A stretch of 64,000 bases of DNA from an uncultured Gammaproteobacteria bacterium (GCA_964355955.1 CAYHFQ010000003.1:31777-95776); one strand, 5' to 3'; positions 1 to 8,663 are shown, counted from the stretch's first letter. Translations and numbers: made by a program. The notes: generated by a model from the letters alone, not told the origin.

Positions 1-671
1 CGACGGCGTCGTTGGTGTCGACGAGGCCAGCGTCATGACCGTCCAAGCGGTTGAGCTCCGTGGCGTCGAGGGTGACGGCGTTGAGAACGAGGGTGGAACT
101 GGAGTTGCCGGTGATGGTGGTGACGGTGCTGGCGGAACCGAGGGAAACGGTGCCCAAGGCGGCAAGAGCGCCATTAAATGTTTTGTCGCCGGCAAAGGCT
201 TGGGTACCGGTTGTGACCAAGCCGCGGTTGAGGGCCGAGGCGTCGGGAATGTTGAAGGTGTGGACGTCGCCGCTCGAGGAAATGTTGAAATCTGTGCCAG
301 TTGCGCCAATAGCGAAGGTTTGTGAAGGACCGGTTTGACCGTTCAAACTAGTAATCGAGGTGCCGCTGCCGACGGTCACCCAAGAGGTGCCGTCATAGCT
401 GTAAAAAATGCCGCCAGCGGTGTCGAGGTAGAGGGCACCAGTATTGGGACTAGCTAAAGCAGGTGCACCAACGCCGGTGTGAGCGTCGCCGATCGGCAAC
501 ACGCCACAGTCCAGAGAACCAGGAGCACAGTCTGGTTCGAGTGTGGCGCCTGGCAGATAGGTGGTGGCACGCGCAACTAAAGGCGACAACAAAAACGAAC
601 CAAGCAACAAACCAGCAACCGGAAGTATAAGAAAATTGAAGTTGTAAGATCTCGCAGAACGCCCCAACATA
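1..671 (-). CDS. Secreted hypothetical protein, partial; its C-terminus runs off the window start. The N-terminus is MLGRSARSYNFNFLILPVAGLLLGSFLLSPLVARA (signal peptide) followed by a Gly/Thr/Ser-rich beta-type region.
   Basis: I translated the minus strand by hand: ATG at 671..669 and an open frame to position 1. It is absent from the ORF track because it has no stop within the window. The plus-strand ORFs at 35..338 lie in this region and are probably spurious. Confidence 0.5.
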
Positions 672-718
672 GGCACACGATTCTTTAATCGGCCTGATGC
701 TCAATGGCATTCGCTAAA

Positions 719-1180
719 TTATGTAAAACAGTGAACCCTGAATACTATCAATTGTATCACACTCTCGGCGTTGGTTATAGGAGATATCAACAGCTGAGTT
801 TTGCAGCTAAGAGTCGTTTTGTAGACGTTGGTAGTGGACTCGCCAACATAAGCTAAATATTTCTGGAGGCGCTCAGCTACGATAGGATCCGCGCGATCGT
901 CGACATTAAAATTTGGTAAACATAGGATCTGCCAGATGTACTTACCACCGTTGCCATCGGGATTCTTGTCGACCCATTGGTTGGCAAAAATTATGCGACC
1001 GCAACTGTTAGTAACAACAACGTCGGTGAATGATGGCGCAGGAAAAGAATTACAAGATTTGCAGCGACCGCATTTGATCTCGTAGGCAGCGTCTTTGGCG
1101 CTTAATTTAAATAGTAGTTTAGCACATTGATTGCAGCGAGATTCTGTCGCTACGGCGGAGGGTACTAGAATGGAACACAT
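719..1180 (-). CDS. Hypothetical zinc-ribbon protein with CxxC-x18-CxxC.
   Basis: The ORF translation contains CNQCAKL...CGRCKSC. The region is low-GC. No family recognised. Confidence 0.4.
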   Translation of the reverse strand: MCSILVPSAVATESRCNQCAKLLFKLSAKDAAYEIKCGRCKSCNSFPAPSFTDVVVTNSCGRIIFANQWVDKNPDGNGGKYIWQILCLPNFNVDDRADPIVAERLQKYLAYVGESTTNVYKTTLSCKTQLLISPITNAESVIQLIVFRVHCFT

Positions 1181-1298
1181 ACTCCGCCAGCTTAGCTTGG
1201 TTATGTATAAAGCATAGAGAATTCAACTCTAATGTCAAGATGATCATAATTGACCCATTAAATAAGGCTTATATTATATCGAGCAATATGCTAAAATC

Positions 1299-2111
1299 TT
1301 GAAAAAGCAAAATATGAAAATAATATCTCTCAACATTTTTCGCGGACATGAATTCGACGCACTGCTAAAGTTTTGCACCGAGCAGGCGGCGTCGACGGAT
1401 GTGTTTTGTTTGCAAGAGGTGCTCAGTAATCCCAAGGAGGATATGTCTTCCCTGCCCTATGAAGGACGGGCGAATTTTTTGGAAGAGTTGCGGCGGGCGC
1501 TGCCTGAGTTTGCGGGTATTTTTGCACCTGGGCAAGAGGATTTTGATATGACGACGGACTATGAGGGACAGTTGTTGATGGGTAATGCGATTTTGTATAA
1601 GAAAGAATTAGAGGTGACTGGGCAAGGTAGCTTTTTTATTTATAATGAGTTTAATAGTTACGATGGCAAGGATTTTGAGACGCTCGGCCATAACGCGGTG
1701 TACATCGAGCAGGGCGGAGTGACGATCGTGACGCTGCATGGTAATTCGCAACCGGGGAGTAAGCGGGATACGCCGAAGAGGTTGGCGCAGTCGCAAAGAG
1801 TACTCGACTTTTTAGTGGTAAGAGCTGGCGAGAAGATAGTGCTGGGCGATTTTAATCTGATGCCTGAAACTGAATCGATTAAAATGTTTGAACGAGCTGG
1901 TTATCGTAATCTGGTGGTCGAGCATAAAATAACGACCACCCGCGGAACCAACCACCGAAAGATCTCGCCGGAGTACGCCAACACGCCAGAGGGGTACCAA
2001 GAGTTCGCTGATTATACGTTCACGACGCCGGGCGTAAAGGTGACGAGCTTCGAGGTGCCAGACCTCCCCCTGTCCGACCACTTGCCGATGATACTGGAAT
2101 TCAACGTGTAG
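1299..2111 (+). CDS. Endonuclease/exonuclease/phosphatase (EEP, DNase I-like) family protein.
   Basis: 270 aa with EEP-type motifs GDFNLMPE and LSDHLPM at the C-terminus. Confidence 0.7.
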   Translation: MKKQNMKIISLNIFRGHEFDALLKFCTEQAASTDVFCLQEVLSNPKEDMSSLPYEGRANFLEELRRALPEFAGIFAPGQEDFDMTTDYEGQLLMGNAILYKKELEVTGQGSFFIYNEFNSYDGKDFETLGHNAVYIEQGGVTIVTLHGNSQPGSKRDTPKRLAQSQRVLDFLVVRAGEKIVLGDFNLMPETESIKMFERAGYRNLVVEHKITTTRGTNHRKISPEYANTPEGYQEFADYTFTTPGVKVTSFEVPDLPLSDHLPMILEFNV

Positions 2112-2142
2112 CGATGCGGCGCTGGTTTTGCGTTCTTTTTCT

Positions 2143-2196
2143 GTGGATAAGTGGTCTACGTCAAAGGTATACGTTTGACGTAGACCACTTATCCAC
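2143..2196. repeat. Perfect 23-bp-arm palindrome GTGGATAAGTGGTCTACGTCAAA-ggtatacg-TTTGACGTAGACCACTTATCCAC. This is copy 1 of a dispersed hairpin family and carries two inverted DnaA-box 9-mers, TGTGGATAA and TTATCCACA.
   Basis: Read directly from the sequence. It shares the 5' flank TTTTCTGTGGATAAGTGGTCTAC with copy 2 at 4135 and resembles copy 3 at 60696. Confidence 0.7.
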
Positions 2197-2240
2197 ATGT
2201 CAATTGACAACAGGTGCGAACTGGCTCAGCATTAGGGTAT

Positions 2241-3326
2241 ATGAAAATATTCCTACTTGCCCTCGCGTTGTTTGCTGTGCCGAGTGTCACTTTTGCTGCC
2301 GTTAGCGCACCAAATAGCCTGACAATCTCCCCAGGCCAGTACACGAACGATACTACGCCGACTTTCAGCTGGAGTGCACCAAGCGGGGCGACTTGGTATG
2401 ACGTCGCGGTTGATGCTGGTGGGTACAGCGGGATTGGCAATGTGCTGAGTTATACGCTACCCACACAAGCAAATGGCTGGCATACCTTCTACGTACGAGC
2501 TCACGACAATAGCAATGCCGTCAGCGGGAGTAACGCGCTAACATTCGAGATCGATACCGTCGGCCCAACAGTCTCACGAGTTTCAATCTCAAAAGCGACC
2601 GCTAATGTGCCAACCACGGTGTCCGTCAGCACGTCTGGTGAATCTGCCGTAGCTTCCTGCCGTTTGATGATCGACCATATCAACCTGGCCGATATGACCA
2701 AAAATGGCGACACTTGGAGTGCTAATTACGCCTTTGCCGCCGTTGGCAACGCTGGCTCCGGCACAGTGCAGGCGGCTGTGAGCTGTACCGATGGCGATGG
2801 TAATTCCACGCTCGGAGCTAGCCGCACAGTGACAGTGACAGGCTACACGGTAGCTGAAGCCTACGCTGGCGATAGAATTAAGACGGCTTGTGGCAGTAAC
2901 GTCAGAAAGAGCGATGCCTGTCATGCCGTGTACTACTTGGGCGCCGATGGCAAACGTCACGCCTTCCCCACCGAAGCCGTCTATTACACTTGGTACAGCA
3001 ACTGGAGCGGCGTCAAAACTGTCAGCCAGGCGTTCATGTCGACGTTGTCGCTAGGCAAGAATGTGACTTTGCACCCAGGTACCGCGCTGGTGAAGTTTAC
3101 GAGTACGAACGAGGTTTACGCCGTCAGTCGTGGCGCTGTATTGCACCACTACTTAACCGAGGCGCTGGTAAAAGCCGACTACGGCAACAACTGGCAAGCA
3201 TCGCTTGTGTCCGTGTCTGCAGTGCTACGCGGCAATTACTCGATTGGTAGCGTGATTGACTCGACCAGCGATTACGATGCGGCTACGGCGAAGGCTGCGG
3301 TGACGAGTATTGATAGTAATTTTTAG
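2241..3326 (+). CDS. Secreted protein with a signal peptide and Ig-like/fibronectin-like repeats.
   Basis: The track ORF runs 2214..3326. Internal ATG 2241 gives MKIFLLALALFAVPSVTFA (signal peptide) with AGGG 5 nt upstream. The body is rich in TPTFSWSAP / Thr-Val-Ser beta-repeats. Confidence 0.55.
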   Translation: MKIFLLALALFAVPSVTFAAVSAPNSLTISPGQYTNDTTPTFSWSAPSGATWYDVAVDAGGYSGIGNVLSYTLPTQANGWHTFYVRAHDNSNAVSGSNALTFEIDTVGPTVSRVSISKATANVPTTVSVSTSGESAVASCRLMIDHINLADMTKNGDTWSANYAFAAVGNAGSGTVQAAVSCTDGDGNSTLGASRTVTVTGYTVAEAYAGDRIKTACGSNVRKSDACHAVYYLGADGKRHAFPTEAVYYTWYSNWSGVKTVSQAFMSTLSLGKNVTLHPGTALVKFTSTNEVYAVSRGAVLHHYLTEALVKADYGNNWQASLVSVSAVLRGNYSIGSVIDSTSDYDAATAKAAVTSIDSNF

Positions 3327-3394
3327 AGTGTTGACGGCTCTTGATTCTTGTTACTGACTATGATACATTAAAGGTAGAAGAAGTAAGACCTCCT

Positions 3395-3442
3395 GCGTTG
3401 GGTTACCGGATGGTAACCCGTTAAAGCAGGGGGCTTTTTTTT
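3395..3442 (+). terminator. Hairpin cluster plus T-run downstream of the secreted-protein gene.
   Basis: GGTTACC-ggat-GGTAACC hairpin, then AAAGC-aggggg-GCTTT followed by TTTTTTTT at 3433-3442. Confidence 0.4.
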
Positions 3443-4097
3443 ATTTAAAAAGCAATTTTTCGGCAATTATTTTACTCTCAATCAAATCATAAAAAGGCAT
3501 TGTGGCGAATTCATATTTCCTGAATATTGCCCAAGATATGAAATCCACAGCTTGGAGTGATTTGTTCTGATAAGAGGCATGAAGCCGCACCTTGAACTTC
3601 TCTGGACGTCGCTTTTGCATGGCAGCAGTGAGATGCTTCACAAATCTTTCTTCCAATGACTTTTTTGTATCTTTACGATCGATAACTAAATCAATGTCTT
3701 CACCAGACTCGATGATACCTTCGTCGTGCAAATGGCCGAGCAGAACATTGGCCGCGTAGGTGTATAAATAATGTTTTTGATTTTGCAGATCTACATAAAC
3801 TTTGTCCTTGTTGAGGACAATAGTCATGATTTTAATATCATCACATTCTTTGATTAACTGGAGCATTTTGTTACGAGTGACATCCTGCTCTTTTGAGGCA
3901 TGTAGTTCTCCTCCATGCTTGTATTTTTTATGAAGTGATTTCCACACCTTTTTAACTATTCTTTCAAGACAACGTTCGTCCTTAACGATAGCAATGGTAA
4001 TCAAAAACCACTTACTAGATCTTTCCGCAAACCCTAAATCGCCGCTCTCGTCGAGAAAGATATAAGCTATGTGGTCTATTCTATCATTGAGGTGATA
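3441..4097 (-). CDS. DUF3800-family protein. The reading frame extends upstream of the TTG given in the track, and that extension contains the hallmark YIFLDESGDLGF motif; no ATG/GTG/TTG start is present in the extension.
   Basis: I extended the frame by hand from the track ORF (3441..4004) to the in-frame stop at 4098-4100. The extension encodes YHLNDRIDHIAYIFLDESGDLGFAERSSKWFLITIAIV. This is an AT-rich islet of about 40% GC. Confidence 0.5.
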   Translation of the reverse strand, partial: YHLNDRIDHIAYIFLDESGDLGFAERSSKWFLITIAIVKDERCLERIVKKVWKSLHKKYKHGGELHASKEQDVTRNKMLQLIKECDDIKIMTIVLNKDKVYVDLQNQKHYLYTYAANVLLGHLHDEGIIESGEDIDLVIDRKDTKKSLEERFVKHLTAAMQKRRPEKFKVRLHASYQNKSLQAVDFISWAIFRKYEFATMPFYDLIESKIIAEKLLFK

Positions 4098-4140
4098 TCA
4101 GGAGCAATGTTGATTATGATGAGAGTTGATAATATTTTCT

Positions 4141-4185
4141 GTGGATAAGTGGTCTACATTCAATGTATACGTTGAATGTAGACCA
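4141..4185. repeat. Hairpin family copy 2: GTGGATAAG-TGGTCTACATTCAA-tgtatacg-TTGAATGTAGACCA followed by GAATTTTTT.
   Basis: The 5' 23 nt are identical to copy 1, including the DnaA-box-like TGTGGATAA. The inner stem differs from copy 1 with compensatory changes (ATTCAA/TTGAAT versus GTCAAA/TTTGAC). A T-run follows on the plus strand. The element overlaps the last codons of the 4160..4675 gene. Confidence 0.7.
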
Positions 4186-4675
4186 GAATTTTTTGAGCAA
4201 CATCAGCTGGCGAAAGTGAATTCGTGTCGAGGACGGTGGCGGAGGGACGGGTGGGGATGAGTTTGGAGATAAGTTCCCAGGAACGTTGGGCTTTGTCGAT
4301 GGAGAAAACGCCGGAGCTGTAACCGCGGGTGGCGCCGCGTTCCAGGAGAGTACGATTGTCGCACCAGAGAATGAATTCGTGGACGCTGGCGTCAAATTTT
4401 GCGGCAACGGTGATGAGCTGATCGATGACTTCCCCGTCGAAGAACATTTTGTCGATGATGACGTCACGACCGTCGGCGAAACAGGTTTCCATGATGCCGA
4501 GAGCGAGGGTCAGCGAGAAATAAAAACTTTTTTGACGGTCTAGCTCGTAGCCACTAATACAACGGCGCAACACGTCGAGTTCGAGGTGAAAAGAGCCGGG
4601 CAATTCGTGGTGTAAGAGAGCAGCGGTGGTCGACTTCCCTACTCCCCACGGACCGTTGATAATAACTAGTTTCAT
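4160..4675 (-). CDS. P-loop NTPase, small kinase-like (AAA_33/zeta-toxin-like fold).
   Basis: Walker A motif GPWGVGKST at residues 8-16; 171 aa. Confidence 0.55.
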   Translation of the reverse strand: MKLVIINGPWGVGKSTTAALLHHELPGSFHLELDVLRRCISGYELDRQKSFYFSLTLALGIMETCFADGRDVIIDKMFFDGEVIDQLITVAAKFDASVHEFILWCDNRTLLERGATRGYSSGVFSIDKAQRSWELISKLIPTRPSATVLDTNSLSPADVAQKILVYIQRIH

Positions 4676-4680
4676 AACAG

Positions 4681-4689
4681 TGGTATAAT
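4681..4689 (+). promoter_or_regulatory. Extended -10 element TGgTATAAT, 9 nt upstream of the ATG at 4699, implying a leaderless or near-leaderless transcript.
   Basis: TGGTATAAT at 4681-4689. Only 23 nt separate the divergent start codons at 4675 (minus) and 4699 (plus). Confidence 0.4.
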
Positions 4690-4698
4690 GACAGTAAT

Positions 4699-4938
4699 AT
4701 GAAGAAATCGCTCGCTAGTGAGGAACGCGAATTAGTGGAAGAGATCAGCAAGACCCGTAAAGTTTACGTCGATTCCATTAAAACAAGCAAGCGGTTAATG
4801 CATCGCCTGTTGGACGGGATCGTGTATGGTTTTGGCATCGCGATTGGTGGTACGGTAGTTTTCGGGATTGTGATTTTTATTGGGTCGAGAATTATTTTGC
4901 CGCTGTTGCCAGCTTGGTTGGCGAATTTGACACAATAA
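4699..4938 (+). CDS. Small membrane protein, DUF5665-like (79 aa).
   Basis: Charged N-terminus followed by hydrophobic GIVYGFGIAIGGTVVFGIVIFIG. Confidence 0.5.
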   Translation: MKKSLASEERELVEEISKTRKVYVDSIKTSKRLMHRLLDGIVYGFGIAIGGTVVFGIVIFIGSRIILPLLPAWLANLTQ

Positions 4939-4954
4939 TTAGTTGTACGGAATA

Positions 4955-4978
4955 CGTCCGATGTAGACCGAGTCTACA
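4955..4978. terminator. 9-bp hairpin GATGTAGAC-cgagt-CTACATC between convergent genes.
   Basis: Read from the sequence. It shares the GTAGAC core with the 2143/4141 hairpin family. No strong T-run. Confidence 0.3.
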
Positions 4979-5009
4979 TCTGACGAATTCCTCGTGCTGA
5001 GCCCGATGC

Positions 5010-6446
5010 TCAGACGTGAACGATTGAGAGTTTAGTTTCGGCGCCGTTACTGATGACGACAGCTATTTGTGAGCCGCGACGGACGAGTTTGTCGTGGTGG
5101 ATTTTTGTTTGGAGGCGAGAAATGAGAGTGCCAGGCGAGTCGGCCATAATGAGCGGGACGATGCCGGAGGAAACGATGGCGCGACGAGCTGCCGATTCGT
5201 TGGGACAGACCATGAAGACCGGAACGTCGGGGCGGAACATATTAATTTGTTGCGCGACCACGCCCTGGCCGGCGACGACAACGATGGCGGCAATGAGGCC
5301 GCTGGCAGCGAGAACGTGGACGGACTGCGCGAGGGCTTCGGCGACGTCGGGCACGCGGAGTGAGACGTGATGAATGTCGTCGTAACGCGACTTCTCGGCT
5401 TCGCGGATGACAGCGGTCATGGCGGCGACAGTGACGGCGGGATAGCGGCCAGTGGCGCTCTCGGCGGAGAGCATGACGGCGTCGGTATGGTCAAAAACGG
5501 CGTTGGCGACGTCGGAAATTTCAGCGCGAGTACCGCGTGGGTTGGTGACCATGGAATTTAACATTTGAGTGGCCACGACGACTGGCTTCCCCGCTTGGCG
5601 ACAGGCCTCGACAATATCCTTTTGAATTTCGGGAACTTCTTCAGGACGGACTTCCACGCCTAAATCACCACGGCCCAAGAGGATGCCGTCGGCGGCCGCG
5701 AGAATTTCCGGGAAGTTGTCGAGAGCAGTGCGACGCTCGACCTTAGCGAAGAACAGAGGGACGGGCACGCCAGCTGCTTTGGCAGCTGATCTGGCGACGG
5801 AGCGGGCGGTTAAGATGTCGTCGGCGCAGGAAACGAAGGATAAAGCGACCCAGTCCACGCCTTGGGCAACGCCGAAGAGGAGATCCTCACGATCTTTGGG
5901 TGTGAACGAGGCCTCGCCGACCATCGAGTCGGGAAGATTGAGACCTTTGTGAGAAGTGAGGACGCCAGGAACTTTGACCTTGGCGGTGATGTTATGACCG
6001 CGGACTTTCTCGACGACCACTTCGATGGTGCCGTCGTCGAAGAGGATGCGGTGACCGACTTTGACGTCGCGGTGCAGTGAGGCGTAAGTGACGGGAATAG
6101 CGCCGCCTGTTTTGTATGCGACGAGTGATGTTGTGAGAATTATTTTTTCGGCTTTGTGGAGAATGACGCCCTTGGCTGGCAATTCAGCGACGCGAATTTT
6201 GGGACCTTGCAAGTCCTGCAGAATAGCCACAGTTTGACCGGCTTTGCGTGCGGCGGCCCGGACAGTTTTGATGAGCCTGGCATGACTCGGGTGATCGCCG
6301 TGGGAAAAGTTAAGGCGAGCGACTCTCATCCCAGCGTTAATCATACGCACCAACATAGAGACCGAACTCGAAGCCGGGCCAATGGTGCAGATTATTTTAG
6401 TGCGCGTTTCCTCCATAATAAAATGATGATACGAGTATATCATCAT
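5010..6446 (-). CDS. pyk: Pyruvate kinase.
   Basis: KIICTIGPAS, NFSHG and MVARGDLG-type motifs. The start may instead be the internal ATG at 6416 (MEETRTKIICT). Confidence 0.9.
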   Translation of the reverse strand: MMIYSYHHFIMEETRTKIICTIGPASSSVSMLVRMINAGMRVARLNFSHGDHPSHARLIKTVRAAARKAGQTVAILQDLQGPKIRVAELPAKGVILHKAEKIILTTSLVAYKTGGAIPVTYASLHRDVKVGHRILFDDGTIEVVVEKVRGHNITAKVKVPGVLTSHKGLNLPDSMVGEASFTPKDREDLLFGVAQGVDWVALSFVSCADDILTARSVARSAAKAAGVPVPLFFAKVERRTALDNFPEILAAADGILLGRGDLGVEVRPEEVPEIQKDIVEACRQAGKPVVVATQMLNSMVTNPRGTRAEISDVANAVFDHTDAVMLSAESATGRYPAVTVAAMTAVIREAEKSRYDDIHHVSLRVPDVAEALAQSVHVLAASGLIAAIVVVAGQGVVAQQINMFRPDVPVFMVCPNESAARRAIVSSGIVPLIMADSPGTLISRLQTKIHHDKLVRRGSQIAVVISNGAETKLSIVHV

Positions 6447-6463
6447 TTTAAAAATATTTCTTT

Positions 6464-6937
6464 TTATTTCTTCTTCTTCCCCACTGCGCCAAGTTTTCGC
6501 AACTCTTCCGCGAAAGTAGCAACGTCTTCGAAGGAGTGATAGACGCTGGCGTAACGGATGTAAGCAACTTTGTCGAAGCTACGAAGTTGCTCCATGAGAA
6601 TGGCGCCGATTGAGCGGCTGGTGATTTCGCTACCTCTCCCCTTTTGAATTTCGCGTTCAATGGTGTGGACAAGAGTGCGGAATTGGACGTCGGTGTAGGG
6701 GCGCTTCTCTAAAGATTTTTTGAGGCCACTTTCGATTTTTTCGCGATTGTAGGATTCGCGTCGACCGTTACGCTTGACCACAGTGACGTCGAGGATTTCG
6801 ATTTCTTCCACGGTCGAAAAACGAAAAGCACATTTGGCCTTCTCGCATTCCCGGCGGCGGCGCACCGTCAAGCTGTCGGCCGAAAGTCGAGAATCGATCA
6901 CCCTCGTCGATTTTCCACTACAGACAGGACAGAACAT
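6464..6937 (-). CDS. nrdR: Transcriptional repressor NrdR.
   Basis: N-terminal zinc ribbon MFCPVCSGKSTRVIDSR plus an ATP-cone. 157 aa. Abuts ftsZ. Confidence 0.9.
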   Translation of the reverse strand: MFCPVCSGKSTRVIDSRLSADSLTVRRRRECEKAKCAFRFSTVEEIEILDVTVVKRNGRRESYNREKIESGLKKSLEKRPYTDVQFRTLVHTIEREIQKGRGSEITSRSIGAILMEQLRSFDKVAYIRYASVYHSFEDVATFAEELRKLGAVGKKKK

Positions 6938-6938
6938 A

Positions 6939-8273
6939 CTACATCATCTTGCGACGGATAAACGCTGGAATGCCAAGCTCGTCGTCGTCATCTTTTTTAG
7001 GTTGGGCTTGGACTTGGGCTGGTTGCTGCGGTGTTGGTGGCGTGTAGACGGGAATCTGCTGACGAGGGTCTTCTTCGTAAGGGTCGTGAGCTGGCTGTGG
7101 CCTTAGTTCTGGAGCGCGAGTTGGAGATGAAGAGATGGTTGGGGCGGCTGGCACACGGCGCTCGGCGAACGGTGATTCTTTCACAGCCATGACCGGCATG
7201 TAGCTATTGCGAGGTGGCACAGCAGGAGTGGAACGATAATCATCACGACGTGGGGCGTTCCAGCTGCTTTGTGGCGTGATTTCGACGTCGCCGGCGAGGG
7301 ACGGAGCGCGGCGGTGGTCACGGTTGTCAAAGCCGGTAGCCACGACGGTGATGCGAACTTCGTCTTGCAAAGTCTCGTCGATGTTGGCACCAAAGATAAC
7401 ACGGGCGTCTTCGTCGGCCGAACCGGTGATAATTTTGGCGGCTTCGGCGACTTCGTACATGGCGAGGTCCGCACTGCCGGTGACGGTGAAGAGAATGCCC
7501 TTGGCGCCGTCGATGGAAAGTTCGAGCAATGGCGAAGCGATGGCTTGCTTGGCAGCTTCAACGGCGCGGTTCTCGCCCGAGGCCCGGCCGATGCCCATGA
7601 GGGCGCTACCAGCGTTTTGCATGATTGCTTTGACGTCCGCGAAATCGACGTTGATGAGGCCTGGGATAGTGATGATTTCGGAAATCCCCTGCACGCCTTG
7701 GCGGAGCACGTCGTCGACAATTTTGAAGGCGTCGAGGAGCGAAGTTTTCTTGTCGATAATTTGCAACACGCGGTCGTTCGGAATGGTGATGACGGTGTCG
7801 ACCTGGGCGCAGAGTTCGGCGTAGGCTTCGTCGGCAATACGTTTGCGCTGCGCACCCTCAAAACCGAATGGTTTGGTGACAACAGCCACAGTAAGCGCAC
7901 CAACCTCGCGGGCGATTTTAGCAATCTCTGGAATGGCGCCACTACCGGTACCACCACCCAAACCACAAGTGAGGAAGACCATGTCGGCCCCGGCGATAGC
8001 TGTCCTAATGTCGTTGGCGTTTTCTTCCGCGGCGCGACGACCAACTTCCGGATTCATGCCAGCACCCAAACCACGAGTAGCGGTTTTGCCGATAGGGATT
8101 TTGGTCAGCGCTAAGTTGGCATGAAGCGCTTGAGCGTCTGTGTTGACGGCAATGAAGTCGACGCCGCGCAACTTCTCCAAGATCATGCGGTTGAGCGCTG
8201 AGCCACCACCGCCGCCAACGCCGATGACTTTGATTTTGGCAGCGGTTTCGATTTCCGGTTTAAATTCGGCCAT
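6939..8273 (-). CDS. ftsZ: Cell division protein FtsZ.
   Basis: GGGTGSG tubulin signature and full FtsZ core, followed by a Pro-rich C-terminal linker and the conserved C-terminal peptide DELGIPAFIRRK. Confidence 0.95.
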   Translation of the reverse strand: MAEFKPEIETAAKIKVIGVGGGGGSALNRMILEKLRGVDFIAVNTDAQALHANLALTKIPIGKTATRGLGAGMNPEVGRRAAEENANDIRTAIAGADMVFLTCGLGGGTGSGAIPEIAKIAREVGALTVAVVTKPFGFEGAQRKRIADEAYAELCAQVDTVITIPNDRVLQIIDKKTSLLDAFKIVDDVLRQGVQGISEIITIPGLINVDFADVKAIMQNAGSALMGIGRASGENRAVEAAKQAIASPLLELSIDGAKGILFTVTGSADLAMYEVAEAAKIITGSADEDARVIFGANIDETLQDEVRITVVATGFDNRDHRRAPSLAGDVEITPQSSWNAPRRDDYRSTPAVPPRNSYMPVMAVKESPFAERRVPAAPTISSSPTRAPELRPQPAHDPYEEDPRQQIPVYTPPTPQQPAQVQAQPKKDDDDELGIPAFIRRKMM

Positions 8274-8415
8274 AACAATTGATGTTCATCCCCTCCCCTG
8301 AACACTTTAAGTATTCAATTTGGCTAAGCGTAAATAAAATTCTTACTAGCAGCCTAACATAGGAGGAATAAAGTCTCCATTGTGCATGTGGATAACTCGA
8401 CAGAACACCAGAATC

Positions 8416-8568
8416 GTCGCTCGCAACCGCCGTATCTCCTGTTCCTAGCTCAAGGCCTCAGCCCAGAAACACTTACAGAATGACTCGCTTAACGAAAAGC
8501 AAATGCGCGAGTCAAGTGTTTCTCGGGTCGGCCATCGCGTCGTCACACGAGACACGACAGTCGCTCGC
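8416..8568. repeat. Structured intergenic repeat, copy A, upstream of ftsZ. It has the same outer flanks as copy B at 42728 (GTCGCTCGCAACCGCCGTATCTCCTGTTCCTAGC ... GTCGTCACA(C/G)GAGACACG(A/G)CAGTCGCTCGC) but a different inner nested hairpin.
   Basis: Direct alignment of 8416-8450 and 8540-8568 with 42728-42762 and 42835-42864. The inner part contains a 12-bp stem CCCAGAAACACTT/AAGTGTTTCTCGGG enclosing an 8-bp stem TGACTCGC/GCGAGTCA. Confidence 0.6.
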
Positions 8569-8595
8569 TTGTTAGTGAGGATGAGTGTTCAACTT

Positions 8596-8629
8596 GAAAA
8601 CAAAACCGGTCTGCCACGAGGGACAGACC
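8596..8629 (-). terminator. Rho-independent terminator downstream of paralog 1. On the minus strand it reads GGTCTGTCCCTCGTGGCAGACC followed by GGTTTTGTTTTC.
   Basis: 7-bp stem plus a U-run on the sense (minus) strand. Near-identical architecture at 9536..9569. Confidence 0.6.
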
Positions 8630-8663
8630 AGTTAGGGTGACGCTTTTGCCGTCGACGGCCGAG

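Noticed and set aside
35-338. Two plus-strand ORFs (96 and 95 aa) at the window start.
   Set aside because: They lie antisense within a minus-strand frame that has an ATG at 671, a signal peptide and an open reading frame to the window edge. Their Gly/Val/Ala-rich translations look like mirror images of that gene.
2114-2305. 63-aa plus-strand ORF spanning the 2143-2196 palindrome.
   Set aside because: It reads straight through a perfect 23-bp-arm hairpin and overlaps the better-supported secreted-protein gene start. No coding signal.
7181-8114. Long alternative-frame ORFs (287, 281 and 182 aa) overlapping ftsZ on both strands.
   Set aside because: They are low-complexity Pro/Ser/Thr/Arg-rich translations with no start context, lying wholly inside the strongly supported ftsZ frame. 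They are typical GC-rich off-frame artefacts.
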